This document shows positions 34,701 through 42,918 of a stretch of 64,000 nucleotides of DNA, piece after piece. The stretch is from assembly GCA_946623825.1 (NCBI GenBank), contig CAMORN010000001.1:322246-386245 (forward strand), given 5' to 3'. Under the pieces are notes generated by a model, which saw nothing but the letters and a program-made list of their open reading frames with translations, was not told the origin of the DNA and searched no databases. Position 1 is the first letter of the stretch; every line of letters starts with the position of its first letter. The stretch comes from an uncultured Alphaproteobacteria bacterium (GTDB lineage: Bacteria > Pseudomonadota > Alphaproteobacteria > Rs-D84). A program made the position numbers and the translations under genes.

Positions 34701-37700
34701 ACAAAACCATTAAATGTATACCATGTGCGTTTTGGCAAATTGTCGTTTTGCAAACTATTTACAACTTTGTTTTCGTCTGCAAATACAACAGATTTATAAA
34801 TATCATTTCCATTTATTGCGTCTGCATAAATGTAAAGATGGTTTATATCGCCTGAAACCGCATCTTCGGCACCAGGGTCAAGAACTATTGTTTTTATTGC
34901 ACTCCATTGTGCGACCCATTTTAAATCGCCTGTGTTTATAATATTATCTATTGCAGATTTTCCATATTGGGTCAGGGTGCCATCTTTATTAACCATTAAG
35001 ACACCGTCGCTGCTGTTTGTGTAGCCAGCAAAAGAATAATTTGCTTTCGTTGGCAAGAACGCAGTTAAATTTGCAGAATTTGATGTGTTTCCAACAAAAT
35101 TCTTAAATTCTTGGTCGGCATAGAAAGAACCTTCGTCAATATAAAGGTGTCCCAAACCGCCTTCTGAACCTTCACCGTTATCAAGTTCTATATTATAGAA
35201 CGCAATAACCCAATGCGCCCACAAATCTATTTGACCGTTTACAAGATCACTTCTGTTAAATGTTGTATTTGTTAATTTTCCACCGACAAAATTACCATTT
35301 GAATCTATCAAAGCATCGCAGCCGTCCGGATTCTTTGGAATTGGTAAAGCTTGTCTGGTCAAACAATATCCTGTAAAACCGTGTCCTTTCCATTCTGGGG
35401 CAGTAATACTGTTGATTTCAACACCTTCGGCATTTTCAAAATGTTCACCATATATCTGATATATTTCAGTATTATCATCGTCGCCATTATCATAATTTAA
35501 AACGATTTTTATCTTAGCTGGGTTCCATGTTGCAAAACAAGACACTTGTTCCAGATAGCCGTTTTCCCATTTAACACCCGTTGCATCAATGTCAAAATCT
35601 TGGCTTATTGTCGCGTCGCTTGGTTTAATACATGTCCATTTTACAGGATCATATGTATTGTTGTATGCAGAACAAGAATCTATTATCAACTGTTTATTAT
35701 CAGATATATCAAATGTCTCATCAAAATGTTTCACAACTGTTGTAATTTTAGGATTAACATTTGAATCACAGTACAAATTATAAGACATTTCTTTTGCTGT
35801 GTAATATCCATGCAAGATGTTAAGCCCGTTTTCTGCTGCCAACACAGAATTTGAATTATATGTAATATCGCCCGTTGAATTTGTCCATTTTTGTAATTCA
35901 TAACCGTCCAATGGGGAAGCCGTTTGTTCTGAATTTAAATCAGACAACAATATTCCAGATTGTCTGGCCGAAGAATAATTATATTTTCTTGTTTCAAGTG
36001 TTTCGTACAAAGCATCATTTATATATTTTTCAATTTTAAGTTCAGAATAACAATTTTCCATGGTCATAGTTTCAAGGTTTGCTTTGTTCGACAATGGATA
36101 TGCAGCAGGGCACCCCTTGCAAGAATTAGATGCGGTATCAAAATATTGATTGTTTTCGCATACAATATCACCCCATCTTGCATATAAAGTTATTGTGTTG
36201 TCATCGTTGTTATCTGGTGTGTTATCAACGATGTTTGTAATACTTGTGGTTTTGGTGTTTTGGTCTGTGTACCAACCTTGGAATGTGTGCCCAATCCATT
36301 GTATATCGTTAAGCGCCAGTGGCAAATCGGTATAAATATAATTTGTAGTGGCTGGTTTGGATATGCTTCCGTTGGCGTCGCCCAGATTATATTCTATATG
36401 ATATGTTATTGGTTCCCATTTTGCATACAATGTTATATCTCTTGCAGAATCTGTAAGAACCGTATATGGATTAAATGAAGGTGAACAATTTGAATTTGTA
36501 TCATCACACCAACCAGCAAACACATAGTAAGGTTTTGTTGGGTTTTGTATGTCAAAATTATCTTGTTCTATATTATATAATGCAGGTGCCTCGTAATCTT
36601 GTGGCCATACGGCGTTTGCCATACTGGCTGTGTCATATTTAATTGAATAGTTTGTTGGTTCCCAATGTGCGTATAACACACCAGAGCCAGCTGTTTGCCA
36701 CATTTTTAATGATTCAATAGCACCATTTGATGAAACACCATAATATTTGTTTCCAGAATTATCTCTTGTGTCCCAATATCCGGTAAATGTGTATCCTTTG
36801 CGAACAGGTATAGTTAATGGTTTGTCGACATTGTTTTCTTTATATGTTGTTGGCACATAGTCATCATAAGTTGCAGAAACTGTTGCAACTTTTTGGTCTG
36901 TATCGCCATAGTTTTGATATAAATCAATGTTATATTTATTAGGATTCCATGTTGCATACCATACCGTGTCATCATCTGACAGGTTTTTCATAATTTCTTT
37001 TGCTCTGTTATTAAATACGATAAAGACATTATTGCTGCTTGCAGTTGTTGTTGCCATAGGACATAAACCAGCGGCGGTTTTTTCGGACGCATCACAGGTT
37101 CCTTCACCGACATAGCCAGAGAAAGTATAACCAGTTTTCAAAGGTATTCCATATGTGTTGGTGTTTATTTCCACGTCTTGTACAGTGCTGCCCAATCCTG
37201 AGTCAGAAACAAAACTTTCATTTGCGTTAACCAATGTGTGGTCTGTGTACATAGCAGACAATCCGTTGGTGTCTTCTGGGGTATTATTATTGATATCGTC
37301 ATCTGAATCTTCATTGTCCAGTGTTATTTTATAAAAACGGGTCCAATGAGCGGTCAATTCCATGTTATCAAAAACATCATATACCAATGAATTATAATTT
37401 TCTTCGCTGATGGTGGCTTTTCTGCTTCTTTGTGGGTTAATAACCATTGTTTCATTGTTGTCTATAATTCCATAGTATCCATCAAATCTGTGTTTTAACC
37501 ATGATGGTTCTTCAATATTATCTGTGTTAAAGAAGTTTATAGAATGTCCAATATCTTTATACAATTGTTTTGCATGTACACCATATAATTTAGATGTACC
37601 TTGTTCAACTTCAGATGTTGGGGCATTGTTTGCTTCGCCCAGATTCAAAATGATTTCGTACGCATTTGATTCCCATTTTGGATGGCAATCTATTCTGTAT

Positions 37701-40700
37701 AATTCTTGGTTATGGTTTGCAGGAATAATTGTGGTCCAATTATTGTCAGAAACCTTGTAATTAAATGGGTTAGGGGAACTTGCTGTATCAGGATTGTTTC
37801 CGCTGGACAGTGTATATTTTGTGCATTCCCATTCGCCTTTGTGGACATAATCTTCTGCTTCGGTACAAATCGGACTTGTTTGGTTTATTGTTTTATTTAA
37901 ATTGGTTGGGAAATTAATTTCTGCACCAAAAGACAACAAGGTTGGATTTTGTATTAGTTTAGTATTGTTCGTATCACAATATAAATTAACATTATATTGA
38001 TTATCATAAATACAGGTTGGATACATGTTTGTTGGGTTTTCATCAAAATGTGAAGCATTTACCACTATGTCACCATTGCTCGCAATCACCAGCCCCAGTC
38101 CTTCATAATAACCAATAAACTTTTTACCAGTCGCGCATCTTCCCTGTAAAACACCTTCATACATATTTGGTTGTTTCACATTGTCTATAACGAATTGTTT
38201 TGTGGTGTCCAAGAATTTATCACCATAACTTTCTTTTATATTAATAGCATTTTCCACATTATTATCATACAAATAAATATCTATTATCTGTGGTTCCACA
38301 GAAGAATAACATTCAACAGAATCAATAGACCCGTCAGTCTGGATACTGTCGCCACTGATAACGGATTCGCAATTTAAATCATCTGGTTTTATGCTTGAAT
38401 CATTTGGTTTATAACAGAAAGTTTCTGTTTTTTCACCGTTTTGGTTTTGACTGTTATATGTCTTTTTACATACCCAATAATAATGATTGTCGGTATGGCA
38501 AATGTTTTGTGTATCAAAACCACCAGTTTTACTGATAAGACCATATTTTGGATTACCCGGTGTTGTTGGTATTATGCTGTTTAATACGACGCCGGTTTCA
38601 ACAGCTGCACTGGTGCTTTCTGCACAGCTAAAACCATAAGATGTGCTTGAATCAACAAAATGTGCATATAAATCTATATTGCCATCAACAATATATTTTT
38701 CTAATTCAGATATCTTAGGTAAATCTGCTTGTGCTTCATTGACGGGCGGGGCAATTATTTGTTTGCCACTGTCATCTCTCACACTGTAATAACCATCAAA
38801 TTTTCCATATTTATTATCATCTGGATTTGATGGAATATAATTAGTTCCTGTTCCAGAATTGTCCTGCAGAGCATATATTGGCGTATTAACTTCGTGATTT
38901 ACTGGGTTATAGTCTCTATAATAACCTCTTACGAATGTAAGGCCTTGTTGTTCATCTATAACAAAAGATTTTAAATCGTATTTAACATATAAAGTATATG
39001 TTTCTTTATCAGGTGTTTGGGCATTGTTTCCGTTGTTCCCATGCAATGTTAAGGTATATATTTTTGGTCTGAACGATGGTGTGCATCTTACAGTATATGT
39101 TCCGGTTGGGTATGTTATACTGTTTAATAATTCACCGGTTGTCGAATCATATACAGGCAAATATTTTATGACGTTATCACGATCACTAAGTTGTGCACAC
39201 TGCCAGAATACTTCTTTGTGTTCCTTGTAAAAATCGTTAGAATAACCGCATCTTGATATAACTGTTTCATCACTTGGGAACAAATTGCCTTCTTTTGCAG
39301 ATACAGTTGTGTTTTGACCGACTATATCTTCGTTGTAACCTGGGGTTTTACCCAATACAATAGAATCACCAATCTTGCTGGTATAATTTCCATTATTACA
39401 TTTGAATATTATTTCGGTCTGTTTCTGCCAATCGGCTACTAAATTTGTATGTTGGCTGACCGCTTTATCCTTATAAGAATCGTCTATGAATGTACCGTTT
39501 TCATCTATTACTTGAATTCTTCTGTTGATACTTTGATCTGTGTACCAATAACCTAAGAATTTCCACGCGTGTGCAGATGGTACATTTGGTAAAGTGTCAT
39601 TAACCAATGCTGGGCCAACGACCGTTCTTGTTTGGGCATCATAGGAAGATTTTGGATAGATTTCCGTGAGATATTGTTCATACAAAATATCTGGGCCTGC
39701 GACTTTGTTTGGTGCGTTTTGCAGATTAGGATCTTTTCCAAAATTATCGCTTAATGTTATTTTATACATCTGTGGGCGCCATACACCATATAATTGCACA
39801 ATATGTTGGACATCATTTGGAATTGTTTCTTCTGGGTTTGGTGTGTAGACGCTGCCGTTTCTACAATATAAAGAATTCCATCTCAACCCTGCAGATGAAA
39901 GAACATTACCGTTTGCATTATAATATCTTACCGCCTTTCCAGAAGCGGTATCTTCGATATTCGTGGTTAAATTACCCATATTATCAGCAGCACAACTGCG
40001 GATTCCATTGTATCCGATAAATTCATATCCCGGACATTCTGGAACAACCAATCTGTTGTCATTTATGTCCACGGTGTACATTATACCATTGGTTTTATAT
40101 GTTTCTATTATCTGGTCTGGCACAGGGCTGTTGATTTCAAGGTTTTCTTCATCAAAATAGGCATTTGGAACAAATTCACCACTGAAAATACCTTTTGTGT
40201 TAACATGACTATAATCAATACCGTTTGAGTTTCTTGCGTTATAACAGTTTCTGTACAAATATATTTTTTCCAACGGTCTTTCTGTACTGGATCCTTTTAC
40301 TACACACATAAGCTTTCTGGTTGAATTTGAACTTTGATTATAAAAACTGTCTTCTTCATTAGAATCTGCAACACGATACAAACCATTAAGGATTCGTGGT
40401 AATCCACTGGTTGGGTCGGAACCTTCTACTGCTACTAAATTTTCATTTGATGCTTCACCTAATGCTTCACATTGTTCATTAGCAGTTGAAAAATTTGTGC
40501 CTGTTTCTGCAATGCCAAGTGAACCCGCGTTTATATTTGGAACCCCAACAAACATACCAGCAGTGGCCTTGGCAGAATTGACAGAATTAATACAAACATC
40601 ACCAAAAAACATTCTTGGAATATAATTTATGGTTTCTTTTGTGCCTGTTTCTGTAGAATATAAATATTGTATGTTGGAACACCCATAAAACGTTTCAGCA

Positions 40701-41761
40701 TATGCTTTTGAATCTGAAGAAAAGTTTTCATAATTACCGCACTGTTGTTGTAATAGTGTTGTTTTGTGTGTGACACGACGACCAAATCCCTGAAACAAAT
40801 ATCTTGGGATACCAGTTAAGCTAGAACAATTTTTAAATGTTCTGAAAAACATTTCTGGTTGGGTCGCGTTTGCAAATGTATCAAATAAACCTTCTGGAAT
40901 ATCACCAGTCAACCCAGAGCAACCTGAAAATGTACTACTAAATAAACTTGGGGTTATATCACCTTTGATACTTTTGAACAGATTTGCAGGTATTCCATAC
41001 ATACCCAACCCGTTTTCAGTACCCAATTTCGAACATCCTGCAAATGTTGCAAAGAACATAGCGTCAGAAGGGGTACCACGCAACCCATTAGAAAACAGGT
41101 TTTCTGGAATTTGACCCTCTAATTCAGAGCAACCTGCAAAAGCACTGCGGAAACTTGGCTGCTTTTGAACAGATTCTTGTATGATATTATAATCAACATC
41201 TGGCCCCAGACTGATATCTGTATGGGTAGGGAACACAGCGCCCAAAGAACCGTAAATTCCTTTTACAGCATAGTTGTTTTCGATGCTTTCTGTACCACCA
41301 CCAGAAAAAACTATTGCACCAGATGTTTTGCTATAGCCCCTGTAATCACAATCAGCAGATCTTCTAAATTTAATATAACGCGTATTGGCGTTGGTATATG
41401 TTTTTTCAAATTTTATTGTGTTGACAGTCTTTTTCTTGAAAGAAGCAACGAAATCATTTCTTCTGTATTCTTTAATTTCTGTGTTGTCTGGCAATTCTTC
41501 TTGGTATACAGACATTTGTCCGGCGCCACATTCTTCATCATCCAGACTTGCACAGTCCCATTTGATATCATAACAACCGGCGGCACTTAAAGAAAAAGTG
41601 AATTTATAACCATCTTGTAATCTTGGTGTTATTTTGACAGCAAAATAATCTGTAATTGCATCATCTGCAAACGAAGGTTGTGCAAAAACTGGTACAAAAA
41701 CGACAGATAACGCAAAAACTGCGCTTTTTAAAACAGCACAAAAATCGCGGAATACCGCCAT
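31787..41761 (-). CDS. Giant secreted mosaic surface protein (3,324 aa from ATG 41761): LRR-like repeats, InlB-type B-repeats and Cys-rich modules
   Basis: Uninterrupted 10 kb ORF. ATG 41761 follows AGGAAGGA. Signal peptide MAVFRDFCAVLKSAVFALSVVFVPVFAQPSFA. See the sub-features for the repeat content. Confidence 0.85.
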   Translation of the reverse strand: MAVFRDFCAVLKSAVFALSVVFVPVFAQPSFADDAITDYFAVKITPRLQDGYKFTFSLSAAGCYDIKWDCASLDDEECGAGQMSVYQEELPDNTEIKEYRRNDFVASFKKKTVNTIKFEKTYTNANTRYIKFRRSADCDYRGYSKTSGAIVFSGGGTESIENNYAVKGIYGSLGAVFPTHTDISLGPDVDYNIIQESVQKQPSFRSAFAGCSELEGQIPENLFSNGLRGTPSDAMFFATFAGCSKLGTENGLGMYGIPANLFKSIKGDITPSLFSSTFSGCSGLTGDIPEGLFDTFANATQPEMFFRTFKNCSSLTGIPRYLFQGFGRRVTHKTTLLQQQCGNYENFSSDSKAYAETFYGCSNIQYLYSTETGTKETINYIPRMFFGDVCINSVNSAKATAGMFVGVPNINAGSLGIAETGTNFSTANEQCEALGEASNENLVAVEGSDPTSGLPRILNGLYRVADSNEEDSFYNQSSNSTRKLMCVVKGSSTERPLEKIYLYRNCYNARNSNGIDYSHVNTKGIFSGEFVPNAYFDEENLEINSPVPDQIIETYKTNGIMYTVDINDNRLVVPECPGYEFIGYNGIRSCAADNMGNLTTNIEDTASGKAVRYYNANGNVLSSAGLRWNSLYCRNGSVYTPNPEETIPNDVQHIVQLYGVWRPQMYKITLSDNFGKDPNLQNAPNKVAGPDILYEQYLTEIYPKSSYDAQTRTVVGPALVNDTLPNVPSAHAWKFLGYWYTDQSINRRIQVIDENGTFIDDSYKDKAVSQHTNLVADWQKQTEIIFKCNNGNYTSKIGDSIVLGKTPGYNEDIVGQNTTVSAKEGNLFPSDETVISRCGYSNDFYKEHKEVFWQCAQLSDRDNVIKYLPVYDSTTGELLNSITYPTGTYTVRCTPSFRPKIYTLTLHGNNGNNAQTPDKETYTLYVKYDLKSFVIDEQQGLTFVRGYYRDYNPVNHEVNTPIYALQDNSGTGTNYIPSNPDDNKYGKFDGYYSVRDDSGKQIIAPPVNEAQADLPKISELEKYIVDGNIDLYAHFVDSSTSYGFSCAESTSAAVETGVVLNSIIPTTPGNPKYGLISKTGGFDTQNICHTDNHYYWVCKKTYNSQNQNGEKTETFCYKPNDSSIKPDDLNCESVISGDSIQTDGSIDSVECYSSVEPQIIDIYLYDNNVENAINIKESYGDKFLDTTKQFVIDNVKQPNMYEGVLQGRCATGKKFIGYYEGLGLVIASNGDIVVNASHFDENPTNMYPTCIYDNQYNVNLYCDTNNTKLIQNPTLLSFGAEINFPTNLNKTINQTSPICTEAEDYVHKGEWECTKYTLSSGNNPDTASSPNPFNYKVSDNNWTTIIPANHNQELYRIDCHPKWESNAYEIILNLGEANNAPTSEVEQGTSKLYGVHAKQLYKDIGHSINFFNTDNIEEPSWLKHRFDGYYGIIDNNETMVINPQRSRKATISEENYNSLVYDVFDNMELTAHWTRFYKITLDNEDSDDDINNNTPEDTNGLSAMYTDHTLVNANESFVSDSGLGSTVQDVEINTNTYGIPLKTGYTFSGYVGEGTCDASEKTAAGLCPMATTTASSNNVFIVFNNRAKEIMKNLSDDDTVWYATWNPNKYNIDLYQNYGDTDQKVATVSATYDDYVPTTYKENNVDKPLTIPVRKGYTFTGYWDTRDNSGNKYYGVSSNGAIESLKMWQTAGSGVLYAHWEPTNYSIKYDTASMANAVWPQDYEAPALYNIEQDNFDIQNPTKPYYVFAGWCDDTNSNCSPSFNPYTVLTDSARDITLYAKWEPITYHIEYNLGDANGSISKPATTNYIYTDLPLALNDIQWIGHTFQGWYTDQNTKTTSITNIVDNTPDNNDDNTITLYARWGDIVCENNQYFDTASNSCKGCPAAYPLSNKANLETMTMENCYSELKIEKYINDALYETLETRKYNYSSARQSGILLSDLNSEQTASPLDGYELQKWTNSTGDITYNSNSVLAAENGLNILHGYYTAKEMSYNLYCDSNVNPKITTVVKHFDETFDISDNKQLIIDSCSAYNNTYDPVKWTCIKPSDATISQDFDIDATGVKWENGYLEQVSCFATWNPAKIKIVLNYDNGDDDNTEIYQIYGEHFENAEGVEINSITAPEWKGHGFTGYCLTRQALPIPKNPDGCDALIDSNGNFVGGKLTNTTFNRSDLVNGQIDLWAHWVIAFYNIELDNGEGSEGGLGHLYIDEGSFYADQEFKNFVGNTSNSANLTAFLPTKANYSFAGYTNSSDGVLMVNKDGTLTQYGKSAIDNIINTGDLKWVAQWSAIKTIVLDPGAEDAVSGDINHLYIYADAINGNDIYKSVVFADENKVVNSLQNDNLPKRTWYTFNGFVDSGLTETVNKDGLFVNTDSFIANIRNMSEFTTTWTATWNRINCSVGNNDTVAEYFDTATNSCHQCPDGYGYSDTDTNSANGCYKKESCNPLPLTIEKCNEVHPKATSCEYIGDTTWNVYYPKTTDIDGRCQINATNCTVGYKENNGVCEPITYTVEFHGNSNTNDIQMENQLFVYDTNTNLNLNTFERNGYIFDGWCHGAETCDTIITNGAVVGPDGDVAHLSTTDGATEHLYAQWHKDTYNVKYYDGSVEITNWTGPVHPSTYQIDEEYQISTPIKDGYEFTGWCVSSEICDEQNYHKPYTIEKTFYTDLNLYAQWNQLDLNYAFYCDSDNSDLIVSGTKKTGQTISIPSVNTCENKYGTYRFTGWICDTGAAFTNTATSIVPDMTLTSINCVAQWEEPECITGLDSAEKGQYFDGATNTCIACPDAYPFAPDGATSVSQCYNIENCGTTPPECTSPAISCKFKVEDSWTILNGEPSRIPENCIIEDTNCLVGYVVDETFVIDSETGEETSLTQNKCRPIKYTVYFRPNSGVPNRTSTQSFNYGETKQLIKNPFTKQMNTFIGWCQGNMYTAECNDEDIIADMTSIGPDGDIQYLTEVDNDKVYLHAQWREFTCADDEYYDRREIACKKCPDLFPNYIEGSLTSIDDCFTTITVHNNINDETEELDVPYIAEYINGIPLSEIWPQYVEGYAFKTWQDENGVDYADQENDVLTVGMLDVYGYYEKSKLDYNVYCNDEKLDLVGYEQISYGENFNLGNYKNSLSECPDAEDKVFNGWSCVSNAYKSKIKNYSINTENISWAEDTGTVISCYANWRYNTFTVKFDANGGNGFKNDVVCEYDDYNCDIRNNKETEINRFGYRLLGWSKSADSDVISFTNKMTENPPYNETEITLYAIWEFVCESGKWLRVGNERICMYEQQTTHPAMVIHKNNVPYYIMLTKDPEIPINKDSSRKMHVEYGGDRYNAHDASVF
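32750..32857 (-). other. Cys-rich module A2 (paralogue of A1)
   Basis: CADDEYYDRREIACKKCPDLFPNYIEGSLTSIDDCF (residues 2979-3014). Confidence 0.6.
33143..33496 (-). other. Cys-rich module B2 (paralogue of B1)
   Basis: CITGLDSAEKGQYFDGATNTCIACPDAYPFAPDGATSVSQCYNIENCGTTPPECTSPAISCKF...ENCIIEDTNCLVGYVVDE...KCRP (residues 2766-2883). Confidence 0.6.
34253..34573 (-). other. Cys-rich module B1 (extended, about 107 aa)
   Basis: CSVGNNDTVAEYFDTATNSCHQCPDGYGYSDTDTNSANGCYKKESCNPLPLTIEKCNEVHPKATSCEY...GRCQINATNCTVGYKENNGVCEP (residues 2407-2513). Confidence 0.6.
36047..36160 (-). other. Cys-rich module A1 (C-x4-Y-F-D-x5-C-x2-CP)
   Basis: CENNQYFDTASNSCKGCPAAYPLSNKANLETMTMENCY (ORF residues 1878-1915). 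Confidence 0.6.
40532..41155 (-). repeat. Five leucine-rich-type repeats with core F-x-G-C-S-x-L-x-G-x-IP-x-x-LF (BspA/DUF285-like)
   Basis: FRSAFAGCSELEGQIPENLF / FFATFAGCSKLGTENGLGMYGIPANLF / LFSSTFSGCSGLTGDIPEGLF / FFRTFKNCSSLTGIPRYLF / YAETFYGCSNIQ...IPRMFF (ORF residues 213-420). Confidence 0.6.
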
Positions 41762-41830
41762 CTGTATAAAAATCCTTCCTTTTATATACACAGAGTGTAG
41801 AAAAATGCGAAAATTAAGTAAAGCAAAAAA

Positions 41831-42904
41831 TTATATGTGTTTTTGTTTTAATGTGTCGGCTATAACTTTAAGCTTTGATATCACATTCGTGACGGAAAAA
41901 ATCTTTTGATTACAGACTTTTTTAATGTTTGTTTTGGTTCCATTATTGCAAACTGGACATTGATTAATATCTGTGTTTTGCAACGCAGGGCATGTTTTAA
42001 GCATTTTTATTATCGGTTTTTGTTGTCCGGTGTATAATTTCGAGTATTGTTCTTTGTTTGTTTTTTTCATGTTTAACAAAAACACATATGCTGGACAAAT
42101 TTGTTTTGCTTGTTCTGATTTTTGCTTTATTTCTGCGTAATATCGTTTTTGTTGTGCAAGATATCTTTCTTTATTTGCTTCGTAATTTTCTTTGTTCTTT
42201 TTGCAATATTGTTCGTGTTTTGCAACATAACATTTTTTCTTGCGTTCAGATACTGCCTGAGCATTTGTTTTGCGATATTTCTTAAAATATCTCTTTAAAT
42301 GTTCTGCGTTATCTTGACGCCATTGTGATTGGTATGCACGATATTGTTCAACATGATTCAACCGCCATTGTTTGTTTCTTTCAAGAACAAGCTTTTTATT
42401 TAACCGATAAAATCTGCGTTTGTTTTTTCGATTGTATTCACGAACAAATTCTTTTCGTTCTTGTACAGCTATATGAATTTTTTCGATTATATTTGGTTTT
42501 GATTTTATTAAATATGCACTACGGTTTTGCAATACAGATTCTTGATTTAATCTTTTTATTTTGTCTATTTGTATTTGAAAGGGGATTTTTTTAGAAATAA
42601 ATAAAATTAAATTTTCATCAACGTACGCACCACCACACATTAAATCAATAAATTCTGTTTCTGTAAAAACATTTTTTAAATCAGATTTTTCTAAAAAAGT
42701 TTTAATGTCTTTTACATAACTTGAATCAAATAAAAACCATTCTAAAAACAATTCTGATAATGTTGTTATTCGTCCAATTTCATTGTCAGAATAAACAGTA
42801 TTTGTTAAACTATAATTGCCATCTTCTGAATTCATAAAAGCAAACATACCGGAAGCGATGGAATAATTTTCTTCAAAAAGTTTTTCTGGGGTATTCATGT
42901 TCAA
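41831..42904 (-). CDS. Hypothetical protein (357 aa) with periodic basic Tyr/Trp-Asn repeats and a C-terminal Cys cluster
   Basis: Clean ORF 14 nt downstream of the radical SAM gene. Residues 150-265 are K/R/Y/N/E-rich with about 19-aa periodicity. The C-terminus has CPAL...CPVCNNG...C. Confidence 0.6.
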   Translation of the reverse strand: MNMNTPEKLFEENYSIASGMFAFMNSEDGNYSLTNTVYSDNEIGRITTLSELFLEWFLFDSSYVKDIKTFLEKSDLKNVFTETEFIDLMCGGAYVDENLILFISKKIPFQIQIDKIKRLNQESVLQNRSAYLIKSKPNIIEKIHIAVQERKEFVREYNRKNKRRFYRLNKKLVLERNKQWRLNHVEQYRAYQSQWRQDNAEHLKRYFKKYRKTNAQAVSERKKKCYVAKHEQYCKKNKENYEANKERYLAQQKRYYAEIKQKSEQAKQICPAYVFLLNMKKTNKEQYSKLYTGQQKPIIKMLKTCPALQNTDINQCPVCNNGTKTNIKKVCNQKIFSVTNVISKLKVIADTLKQKHI

Positions 42905-42918
42905 TATTTACTTTAATA

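Larger units (their letters stand above)
32012..40069 (-). repeat. Array of about 18 degenerate Listeria-Bacteroides / InlB B-repeat-like units (70-110 aa each)
   Basis: Units have the pattern Y.[IV].[LFY]..N.G........(Y....P....GY.F.G[WY]).......[LW][YV]A.W. Examples: YHIEYNLGDANG...IGHTFQGWYTDQN...ITLYARW; YNIDLYQNYGD...RKGYTFTGYWDTR...VLYAHW. Unit ends read LYGVW, LVADW, LTAHW, WYATW, LYAHW, LYAKW, LYARW, CFATW, LWAHW, WVAQW, WTATW, LYAQW (x2), CVAQW, LHAQW, CYANW, LYAIW. Confidence 0.7.

Noticed and set aside
31911-41590. About 35 plus-strand ORFs of 60-141 aa inside the giant gene, for example 41165..41590.
   Set aside because: All are antisense to one continuous 10 kb ORF with coherent repeat architecture. 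Their products are low-complexity and Cys/Phe/Ile-rich, as expected from an AT-rich antisense strand.
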